NCBI GenBank assembly: GCA_965644265.1
Contig: OZ286471.1
Coordinates: 46,996,001-47,060,000 of the forward strand
Origin: Glycera tridactyla
Taxonomy: Eukaryota
Direction of reading: 5' to 3'
Length of the DNA stretch: 64,000 nt
Shown here: positions 29,401-41,400 of the stretch, piece by piece
How positions within the stretch are numbered: the stretch's first letter is position 1
Layout of the letters: every line of letters begins with the position of its first letter
Notes under the pieces: model-generated
Seen by the model: the letters and a program-made list of their open reading frames with translations, nothing else
The model's database searches: none
Told to the model about the DNA's origin: nothing
Made by a program: the position numbers and the translations under genes

Positions 29401-32400
29401 GAGTGTGTAAGGTGTGGATCATGAGATTTGATCAATAAATGCATGGATATAGTCATGCATTCATACGATCTATGTTGATGACTATTTTGTTTCAGAGTGT
29501 GTTATATTTACAATGCACCATCCAACTGGGAACACGAAGGCCAATATTTGAATACATTTGGATTTAGGCAAACTTGGATTCGTTTTTTTTTCACATGATG
29601 TGTTCTTCCTTGTTGCCATTGTACACTATGTGGTGTCGAATGGGGATTAGGAAAGGCTACACATATGATATTGACGAATGGTAGTCATAATCACCTTACA
29701 AAGTCAAAATATCAAGTATGATGATAAGGTATCATGTAATTGCTATTATGCCATACAAAAGAAAATAGCAATTTCTGTACCTTCGAAGTTTGATGCATCC
29801 TTGTTTCCAAGTCGAATGGTCTCTATGATGACATATTTTGGCAACGAAACTTCATCAAGATTAGGGGATCGTCGCCAAGACGTGTCGTCATATGAATGTA
29901 TATATATTTATTCCATCAGATATTGTATGTACCAAGTTTCGTATACGTGAATACTCCACTTTTCGATTAGTTCGGAAAGCCAAAGTGCAATATTCAAGGA
30001 TGTTGGCTATAAATGCAGAATTATCATTTTTGTGGATTATCCTAACTATCCCCTACTTTCCCTGTTCTTTCAGACCCCAACTGTGAAGCCACAAGTCCAA
30101 CTGTGCCCGGTCTGTATATTTTCCACATTTGTGATTCACAATAACCATCTTCCTGGGTTCAGATTAGAATCTTTTCCTTGCTTCGCTAACTGTTTATTCC
30201 TGCTTGGGGCTGAATCCATCTAGAAAAGATGAGTGAATGAGTGAATGAGTCAGCTACTGACCTATGCTCGGTGTGCAGCAAGTGAGTGACTGAGTGGGTG
30301 GTGGTTGACTTGAGTGAGTGAGTGAGTGAGTGTATGGATGAGAGTGAATGAGCAAGTGAGTTGGTGCTTCTTTATCTATTGANNNNNNNNNNNNNNNNNN
30401 NNNNNNNNNNNNNNNNNNNNNNNNNNNNNNNNNNNNNNNNNNNNNNNNNNNNNNNNNNNNNNNNNNNNNNNNNNNNNNNNNNNNNNNNNNNNNNNNNNNN
30501 NNNNNNNNNNNNNNNNNNNNGTTTGTGTCTGAAGGAGTGATCATGTGCGGGAAACATTCGAGCGTGTAAACATCACATGTCATTGGGTAAATNNNNNNNN
30601 NNNNNNNNNNNNNNNNNNNNNNNNNNNNNNNNNNNNNNNNNNNNNNNNNNNNNNNNNNNNNNNNNNNNNNNNNNNNNNNNNNNNNNNNNNNNNNNNNNNN
30701 NNNNNNNNNNNNNNNNNNNNNNNNNNNNNNNNNNNNNNNNNNNNNNNNNNNNNNNNNNNNNNNNNNNNNNNNNNNNNNNNNNNNNNNNNNNNNNNNNNNN
30801 NNNNNNNNNNNNNNNNNNNTCTTTGCAACTGAGCCACGTGTGTGTCAGAACAAGCCGTGAATGTATGTACTGTACATCGGTTTCCTGGTGTTTATCCCAT
30901 ATCTGGGCAGAATACAGGAAACTTTAGTCGCTACGTATATGAACGACAAAAAATGCGCTTGTAGGCTGCGTGGATGATTTTGAGAAAAACGAGGACCGTC
31001 TCAGCTACGGAGGTGACAATGTTCCAGGGGCAAAGACACCCCAGCAGTGTAAGCGGGCCTGCCTCCTGCTCGAAACCTGTGTTGGCTTCGACTTCGATCG
31101 AGAACTAGATGCGTGTTTCCTCCACGACGCCGACAGCATCGTCAACATCGTCGACCCAAGGTTGTTGGTTGACCAGTATATTCGAATCTCCTGTGAGACG
31201 ACGACCGCGCCCACCACCACTCCAACACCTGGTGGTAACGGAACTTTACTGGCACATTCAGCATGCTAGTCACATCCTTATTCGCCCTTCCCGATTCACC
31301 ATGGAATAGACCTCCTCCACTCCGATTATGACCTACCAAATGCATCCCTTGTTTCAATGCTTCGATTCGATGCATTGCTATCAGGCTGGAAAGACAACTT
31401 CCAGTCAATTCCATAGTTCGGTATGCCATCTATTGGTTGATCTTTCTTGTGGTAGGAAGGCCTGTGTCTGGACTGTCAGCCTCTTCCACTTCACAGCTCT
31501 TTTGTCCCTTCCCCATCATCTTTTGTTCAGGTTTTGTTAGACTCATGATTGAACGTATGGCATGCATACTCTTTTGTTTTGGTGCATGCCGTTTGAATTC
31601 AACCCACCGCCAATGCAACCAACTGATAGTTGTAGCTCTCTCTCTGACTGATTTTTTCCAAGCCATGTGACGCCCAACTGGACGCCCTGAGCATTATCAT
31701 CGTCGACCCAGCGATTCCTTCTCAAGTCAGAGATATTCTCCTATCACGTTCCCCGTGCACCCTCACTATCCTGTGTTGTCTTAACCTGGGCAGAACTTTC
31801 ATATAAACAGGCAGTTGGTTATTCCGTATGTCTGATTTGTTCCGCTTTACACGGCCTGACCTTCTCTGGTATTCATGTATATTGCATCGAGGACATGACT
31901 TCCCCTGACTGATGTCATACTCATCTAACACCGATCATCCCGCTGTAAGGGACATTGTCCTCGTCGTTTGAAAGCCAGTGGTTCCCTGCATGATGCCTAC
32001 CCGACGTCGCACGATTTGGCATGAGATCATCTGGATTCCTTGGAACATCACCCAATGGTGCATGCGCGAAGTGCATGTGAATCTACGCCTCTCTTTCATC
32101 TGTTATCTCATCCCTCTCCTTTCTTTCTTTTAATTCCGCCCCTCGTTACCTCTCGTTTCCTTTCTGCATCTCCGTCTCTCAATTATTATTTTCTCCTAAT
32201 CTCAATTATCCCCCCGCTCCCCCTCTCTCTCTATGNNNNNNNNNNNNNNNNNNNNNNNNNNNNNNNNNNNNNNNNNNNNNNNNNNNNNNNNNNNNNNNNN
32301 NNNNNNNNNNNNNNNNNNNNNNNNNNNNNNNNNNNNNNNNNNNNNNNNNNNNNNNNNNNNNNNNNNNNNNNNNNNNNNNNNNNNNNNNNNNNNNNNNNNN

Positions 32401-35400
32401 NNNNNNNNNNNNNNNNNNNNNNNNNNNNNNNNNNNNNNNNNNNNNNNNNNNNNNNNNNNNNNNNNNNNNNNNNNNNNNNNNNNNNNNNNNNNNNNNNNNN
32501 NNNNNNNNNNNNNNNNNNNNNNNNNNNNNNNNNNNNNNNNNNNNNNNNNNNNNNNNNNNNNNNNNNNNNNNNNNNNNNNNNNNNNNNNNNNNNNNNNNNN
32601 NNNNNNNNNNNNNNNNNNNNNNNNNNNNNNNNNNNNNNNNNNNNNNNNNNNNNNNNNNNNNNNNNNNNNNNNNNNNNNNNNNNNNNNNNNNNNNNNNNNN
32701 NNNNTGCTCATACGAAACACTTTTCCAGAATGTGTCGACAGTTTCACTAAGTACCGTAACCAGCTGAGTCAGGGAGGTACACGTGAGCGTGGGGCAGTCA
32801 CGGTTCAGCAGTGCCAGGCTCTATGCCTCGGTCAGCGCTACTTTGAGTGTGCCGGCTTCGATTTCGACCGCTCCCAAGATGCGTGCTACTTCCACACCGA
32901 GGAAACCCTCAAGGTGGAGATAGAGGATGCACGGGACCTTGTCGACCAGTACCATCGTAATCCCTGTCCCACTACAACCATCACCACACTCGGTAATTAC
33001 CACTACCTCACCAGAGTTCATGGCCCTGTTTTACCAGATTGTATTTGTTCTCATAATATGGCGTTTGATATATCATCGTCACATTCGATTTGACTAACTA
33101 TAGCTGCGCTGGATATTCTCCCTTAGGCCTTGTCATTTGCCGATGCCATCTGGCTCTCCCCTCCCTAATCTCTTTGCCACTTCATCAATTGAATGGCAAG
33201 TCCTGTATTGTTTTTCAATACTAATGGTTAAATTTTGCTGATGAGAACAGCTAGCTGCTGCTCATCCTCCCAAACTTGACAACAACAATGGTATTCATGT
33301 AAATACCAGTGAAATAGCTTCCATCGCCTGCGTGAATGGGAACGAGATGTCGAATTGGGAGATACATGATGAGAAGGTATATATTCGGTATACATTGTCA
33401 CCTTAGGTTCTTGCAAAAGCAAATCATCCAGCATAGCTTTCCCGTCTATCCATCAAACGCACATAATGCATCTTATCCATTGACTATAGATGTATAAATG
33501 AGATCCAGCAACCCTTGGTGACTGCAGTCATGGAGTTGATTCCGATCGCCTAGTGTCAAAGGGGGCATTCCGAGGTTTTTGTGACTCTCAATTTCTGTCA
33601 TATACAGCTTTCTGTCCGCAGTGATTATTCCTATTTTGACAGAAGTATAATTGTTCCTCGCTTAACTGGTTTTAAGTTGAATCACATATGTGATGTGATC
33701 AAACATAATTAGTAGTAACATATGTTTTACTTCTCTATTGGTCGTCAACGATGATCCTCATGCTTTTATGATTAAATCGTCATTACTTCCACCCATTGTG
33801 TCACGACAGTGAAAAGGTCACACAAGTACCAAAAAGGTAGACCCTTGCATCTCGACACACCACACCACATTTCTCAGAGGAGGAATATCAGGCATGTATT
33901 GCCGGTGCCTATTATGTCAATAAAGAAGTGCCATGAATATGTGGGTTTTCAGGCTGTGAGGACAGTTTCACACGCTATGGAAACCGCCTGAGTCTGGGCG
34001 GTTTGCGTCAGCAGGGTTTATCGACAGTAGGAGAGTGTAAACGCGCTTGTCGCATTCTTAGCGCGTGGGACTGTGTTGGTTTTGACTTCGACCACAATCA
34101 AAATTCCTGCTATATTCATAACACGGTGACCCTACAGAATGAGGAACAGGACCGTGATATGGTTGATCAGTACCTACGCAACACCTGCACCACTACCGCG
34201 GAGATGACAACCTCAGCAACACCCGGTAACGATACAATGATACAATGCATGAGTTGCAGTACATGTACATTTTCTCACCCAAGATGATGCACACTTTTCT
34301 TCTTTCAAATAATGTACATTGTGGTGGGCATTTGGCTTGTGCAGTTCAAGCGGGATTTTTGCGAGTTGCATATGCCATGCAAAGGTTCCGCTCTCTTGTG
34401 AAAAGTAGTTAATGTTCTGTCAAAATTGGAAGCTACATCTTATCTGCAATATTCACACATCCCTACCATCTTTGTTCAACATTTCTCCAGATGATGGTGC
34501 TAAGGCCTGTAGCATGTACACATCTAGATCGCTTGGCATATATTCTATAACCGGGGCGGGACATGTAAATTGAGCTTGAGGTTGAGTTATGTTTCGAAAC
34601 AATTATGCATCATGAGTCACTTTCAAATACCCATTACTGATGCATGTCATTTTTGCTACCATCAGGAGGCTCTCAAAATTGGGATAGCAACAGGTTGCCG
34701 ATGATATATTTCAGAGAATCAATATCGTCTGAGCAATCCATTTGAATTTGGACTTGCTACTTTTCAATGCTTCTATATTGAAGCACAATGTGCTCCCATG
34801 AAACATACCTTACAATATCAGGAAATTCAGCTAGAAATCACAGCAGAAATTTAGGTTAACCCTCACCTTATTTAAGCAGAGTGAGCGAGAAATCGCTATC
34901 GATTCCTCATATTGTTTGCCCAAACAATTTATGCGGCATCGCACATGAGCTATCATGGCAAATGCGGGGTTTTAGCTGAGATAAAATTGCGAAGAAATAG
35001 GATGTATGGTCATATGCACGAAACAGACTTGAACAATGGGCTTGGAGTTACTGACGAGCCTGCCCATACCGCCTATTTGGCAAGTAATTGGCCAAACATG
35101 CCACTTAACCGAGGCCCTGCTGATTAGAACCCAGTGTACAATTTTGATTCACTTCAAATATATCCGTGACACATTGTGCATATTTCCAAACTGCGCATGA
35201 TCCCTTGATCTCACAAGTCACATGGACCACCTATGACCACCTGAACGTGACACGGTTAGTTTATTACGAATCTTTTGAGATTCACTGCTCTCACTTCAAA
35301 CTTCCACTTTTCGTTTTTGATCTGACACACCCATCACTGCGCCCAATCTCACCCTCTCTGTTTTGGAGTACATCCACAAGTCACTCATTAGTTGTTGTAC

Positions 35401-38400
35401 CATGAGCCGTTTTTTTTCCATGTCCTATGCACGAAGTTTAAGGTGTGCACATCTTCTCTCACCGATATATTTTTCTTTTCAAGTGCTTCTTTTGCATGAA
35501 TGACCTTGTTGGATGACATTGCATTCCTCGCCTGTGATAGGCACACCATTCTCCAGTGTTTCATATTTCACTCACACTACATTCAGTATGTGTGTTGACC
35601 TTGAAGGTCTGTTTCTATCTGCAGCATCAATACTGCTGAATTGTTTCCATAAACCTTCTTAGTTAGTCTTACCATTCTTCTGATAAGTTCAATTTTATTC
35701 TTTCAATAGAGTTCAATATGTTATTGTTAATTCTGTAATGGTCTTCTTTATTTCCGTGGGTGTAAAACTCGTTAGAGAGACGTGAATGAAAGGGTATCCA
35801 TTACATCTGCATGTAATTGTGCATGGAATTATGTTGATTATCGTACTTGCATCGATATTCTGACCATGCACCATTTCGGAATTCAACTATTCAATGACGA
35901 AGCACCTTGATGAAACGGATGTTGTGTCCTTTCGTCCAGACTGCCTCGATTCGTTCAAGTTCTTCCCGAATATATTGAGTTTGGGCGGGGCGCAGCAACA
36001 AGGCGTGACCGATGTGAGGGAATGTAAGAATGTCTGCCGAGAGATGACATGGCAGGTGTGTACGGGCTTCGACTTCGACCGCAGCCAGGAGAGGTGCTAT
36101 ATTCATAACGCCGAGACGATGCGGACCAGCGTCGAGGACGCGCGGGCAGTTGTCGACCAGTATCATAGGATCCCTTGCATCGCCACCACAATGGCATCCA
36201 CAACAGAAGCTGGTAATTCACTTGCTCATTCCTGTAAGATGTACACATCTCTCACATTTCACATCCCTCTGGTCCATTCTTTCGGCAAGTGCTTGCTTTT
36301 GACTAGGCCAGTGAGATGTGATCTTTGATTAATTATAGGGTGCTTCGCCACATAAGTGAAAAATTAAGAGAGGAAATTAGATTTGAAGTGGGGGAGGGCA
36401 TTCTCTCCACCTCCAACTAATTTTGGAGTCATTCCACGATCATACAGCATCATTTGGTGGAATGCTGCTGTTTATTCCTTGTCTATAGATCCTGCATGCT
36501 GGGAAATACTACCGTATGTATGCAGTTCCTGATATTCGAAGCACATTATTCTCGCTGATGGAATGACTATAGTAAGCAATATCTTGATGGCGTTCATATT
36601 CATGATCGATGGAATTTGTTCTGAGAGACAACCAGATGTCTGAGTGCAGTCAAGGTGCTATTGCCAACCATTGCTCTGTTTCGACTGACTCATGTTGCAA
36701 GAACATATGTTGAGACTTTTAACATTCTTTTCATAAGCCAAATTCATCAGATGAATCGAGTCCAATGGATATTGATGAATTTATATTCTAAACATATTTT
36801 ATATGAAGGTATGATACAAAAACGTGATTAAAATATCCGACTTTGGGACGACATTGATAGTTTCAAGGTCACATTTTTAAGATGTCACGAGTGAACACCA
36901 GAAATCTGGAACTTGTGTAATATTGGGGATATGACAAGTGAGTGAGCCGGGCCCCTAGTGTTAGATGGCAGGTATGACAGCAATGTGGCTCTGTGCCGAT
37001 TTGCAGGTTGTTCGGATGGTCAGGTTTACCAGTACATCTATCTGCCCAAGACACACAGCTTCGATGGCGTATTGATTGGAGACCGCACAGTCGGCGAATG
37101 TAAGCAGTCATGTAGAGCCATCATTGGCTGCGTCGGCTTCGACTATGACTATGATAAGCGCCAGTGTTACTCTCACACTTATCTGACTATCGTCAATATC
37201 GACCCAAACCGACAGATGATCGACCAATATCAACTGAAACCATGTGGTCCTACTCAACCTCCTACGTCCACCACCGAATATCCGGATGGTAGGATCCACC
37301 TCCTGTCTAAGCATGTTGAGATTTTGTTTCCTCACAATATCACAATTACTTCGTGATAATTCTGTGACACTTCGTAATAGTCCCTTGTCCTGGCATCAAG
37401 ATAACTGCACGTCTTACTCTGCACCTGGTGCATTCTGCGTTTTCTTCTGCATCAGAGCTCTGAATGAGATCATCTTCTCTGACTTGTGTTGGTATTTTCA
37501 CTCATGTGTTACCTTCACCTCCAGTCTTTCGTTTGCATATATAGCAAGTGAGTCGTCAGAGTTATGTTCATACCTCAGCTCCTATCTGTTTTCTATCCTT
37601 CACCTTTACTCTGTGATGTTCACAGTCCATTTTACGTCATCACATGATCACAGCCCTGTTAGGTGATACTACCTCATCCATGGGAGTGACGTATCTATCA
37701 TGTCTGCAATCTGAATGCCCCACAGGAACCACGTCCAGGCGGTTAGCAGCAGTCTGACACCTGGAGTACCTTTGTGTTTTTTTTTCTTATTAGATCACTC
37801 ACTGCCTTGTGTCGATAATAGGCCTGAAGTCACGGTAGACATGTGCAAGAATTCTCCACATTATGATTTCAGTACTACTATTCATTATGACATCTATATT
37901 GGGGTTGGTTGGTCGTTTCCGGTTTAATTTCATCAACCCCATACATGCTTTATTGTGACGCCCATGAAATGGGCATGGGAGGGGGTGATTCAAGACTCAC
38001 TTATGGGTTCCAAATGAAAGATAAACATTTATGAAATTCGGGGTTGCAAATATATAGTCCAATATACAACGCTGGGAATCAGATCATCAGCAGATGTGTA
38101 CTTTACTGGTGTGAGATGTATGGGTATTTACACGCCCAGGTCGATTCACATATGCCCCCCCCCCCCCCCCCTGGAAGTCACAATCTCATCGGTGATGATA
38201 TCCAGCAGGATGATAAACCAAACAAACTGTGAATCCGGTTTCGCGCTGCTTTGTGAGAGGTGTCCTGAGGATTCAATTCTGATGCAGATTATTATTAGGT
38301 ACTTATCTAAGAGGTTTCCTATAACATCTCTTTTGTAAATGAAATGTGACATGACCTGGAATAGTCTAGGTTGTCGTGGCCGCGCATGTGTATTTCAGTG

Positions 38401-41400
38401 TGAATTTGGAGAAGAGTGGATGAGAGAGTGTTGATAAATGAGTGTTCACACAAGAGCGGAAGAGAGAGGGAGAGAGAGGCTTATATTCTGGTGGCGGGTA
38501 TCCTTCTGTCTGTATATTGAAATATAATAATTTCTATAAGCTTCTGTGGCATTGCCTCATTCTCTACATGCTACCTTTTAGAACGCAATTGGAATCCTGA
38601 TATCGAAATTAATTCCATATATCTCACAATTGAAATTGAAGTGTACTTACTCTGGAAGCACATTCTGACGTTCAGGCGCCATGTTTTCATGTGCTATCCT
38701 CGTCAGCACGCGCCTATATGCACAGACTGAATGCGAATATATCCTCTGGTAGAGGCATCACGATCGTATTTAGTGTCCAATAATACCAAATAATACCGAC
38801 AGAAAAATCTTGAGTATTTGCTACTGAAGGAACCATGGACACTGCTGCCTTGAGTGAAGACTGTCCTTTGTTGCCCTGCTACTTAACTTGTATCTTACAC
38901 AACTGACCAATAAATGAATGATGACAATTTGAAATATATGACACTAGATGCACATTTTCCTGCACAAATCGCATGTGTCTTTGTAATGCTTTTGTTCTAT
39001 TTCTAAATCTGGATTTTTCTATAAGTTGGGCGTATTCAATGTCTTTAATTCATAAGTTCGATGTCGTGTGGTTTAATTCAAGAATATTTGAAAATGAGTG
39101 TACTCTATTGTATTCAATGGGCCCGTCTGGGCTGGTCGTATGGCTCCTCTGGGTCGATGGTGTGGCTCGTCTGAGCTGGTATTATGTCCCCTCTGGGACA
39201 GTGATCATTAAAATAATGTATGCTTCATGTCATATCTTACCCAAAATTACAGGAACTTGAACTATACATCAGGGGTCTGATTTAGTGATGATTCAAGGCG
39301 GCTTCTGACCCACTGATTATCCAAAATTACAGGAACTTGAACTATACATCAAGGGGTCTGATTTGGTGATTATTCAAGGCGACTTCTGAACCACTGATCA
39401 TCCAAAATTACGGGAACTTGAACTATACAACGGGGGTCTGATTTTGGTGATGATTCAAGGCGGCTCCTGAACCACTGATCATCCAAAATTCCAGGAACTT
39501 GATCTATACAATGGGGGTCTGATTTGGTGATGATTCAAGGCGGCTTCTGAAGCACTGATTCGATTCTGATAGGGGTTAGGGTACAACTACAATGTCTTGG
39601 CCTGGTATTCCTGAAGCGTGTCAGACCAAAGTGCGAAAATACTCAGATATCATGCAGGTATTTACTCTGAATGTTTCACTAAGGCATGAGTTATGAGTAA
39701 TGATGTGGGCGCTTCAGATTTCAATGAATTTCTATTTACGATGGTACTGACATTGGCTAAATGTGAGCCAAACCGCCAACAGCCGAATCATTTCTGCCCC
39801 TACATATTTTCTTGCATTGCTGAGAGAGGTGTGAAAGGAGGGCGCTGGTGTAGACTAGGCCTGTGGTCTAAATGCAAAAATGCAGTCATCGGCTACATGT
39901 AAACCAGGCTTCTTCTAGATTGACCGCACCTACTTGACTTACTAGTAGATGGCGAAAAAGGTCCAATGGGATACCCGGGTCGAGAATATGCGTTGGGGGA
40001 GAAAGCAGAGGAGTGGGCTTATGACCGGCAAGGATGAGAAATTACAGCCAGGAGATTCCGATGATTTCATTAGTGACTGTCCTCTTACTGACATCAACAT
40101 ACATTCTTCCCACTTGTAGGCTGTGATCCAAACACGTTCAGAGCGTTTCAGAATACGCAGAGTCTGAATGGGCAATGGCAGAATGGTATAACGACGTCTG
40201 AAGCCTGCAAGACGAGGTGTCTGTCTCTGGGACAGACAGACTGTGCAGCATTCGACTTCAACACGAACAAGAAGTTCTGCTACATCCACAAGACGGGATA
40301 TATCAACCTTGTACGCGAGAACGTCGCAAACGTTGTACAGTACCGACGTAACAGGTGTGTGTGTGTGTGTGTGATCACTTAATGTTGAGTACACTCGAGA
40401 TTGGATTGTTGCTCTCCATTGCTATGATGTTCCTCAGAATTCATAGCGATGGAATGCACCAATGCCGATGCTGGGTGCACTTGCATGAAGGTGAGACGAG
40501 TCCTTCCATGTATGTGACGTAATTATGCACGACGAGGCCACGATTGTGTAAGATTTGCGTCATTGTTATGTGATGTGATTTATCATACACATGTATATGT
40601 GTGGCGATATGTGAATGCACAATATTGTCTTTAGGCTTATTCATAATGGAATATTTCAGACAGTGTCACTTTTATTGGACTGATTCAATATGGCTTTAGT
40701 TGATGCTTATGACTTCGATACGAGAAACGGGGCTACTACAAGTGTAGAGCAATTGTTCTTTTCATTCTATCGATCACTGACTTGCGATCAAATACCAGTA
40801 CGTTTGGTTATTTAAGATCAAACATTTCCATACAGAAGTTTTCTAACTTCAATATATGAAAGAATAGAGATGACCATGTGCACTCTTTCTGTGGCCATTC
40901 ATTTTTGTTTGAATGATTGAATACCCAAATGTTGCTGATTATCGAGAAAGTGATTGGACCCTAACGAGACCATTTGCTGCTATGTGTGGCTCACTGTGTT
41001 GGAATACTAAGTGCCAATTGTTTCACCATACATAGTTGTGGGACGACTCAAGCGCAGACAACACCGACAACGACAACAACACGCAGACCTGTCACCACAT
41101 CTACACCATCCGGTGGTAAGTTATATCCTCCCGTCCTTTGGTCACTAGGCAGCTAACCTTCTAATTAAGCCTATTTCAGTAACGATTTTGGAAGAAATGT
41201 CAACGCTGAGATAGAGATAAATTCATTAGGCGAGCATTGCTGTGCCAAATATCTCATTCTGCTGGATATCTAACCTGCAAAGAGCTATCACTAATACAAC
41301 GTTTGACAACTGCTGTTTCAGATATGTATGCCTATTTCGAAGCAATCTGTCACTTATAATGGCATTTGCCAAGTAGATTTTGTTAGTAGTGCTTATATTC

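Noticed and set aside
10377-33093. Long ORFs containing X runs (e.g. 10377, 12331, 30545, 32040, 32233)
   Set aside because: Artefacts of reading through N-gaps; only the embedded exon parts are real.
39241-39560. CRISPR array or tRNA/SINE B-box interpretation of the 80-bp repeat
   Set aside because: Eukaryotic intron with no unique spacers; the GTTCAAGTTCC match on the minus strand lacks an A-box and cloverleaf.
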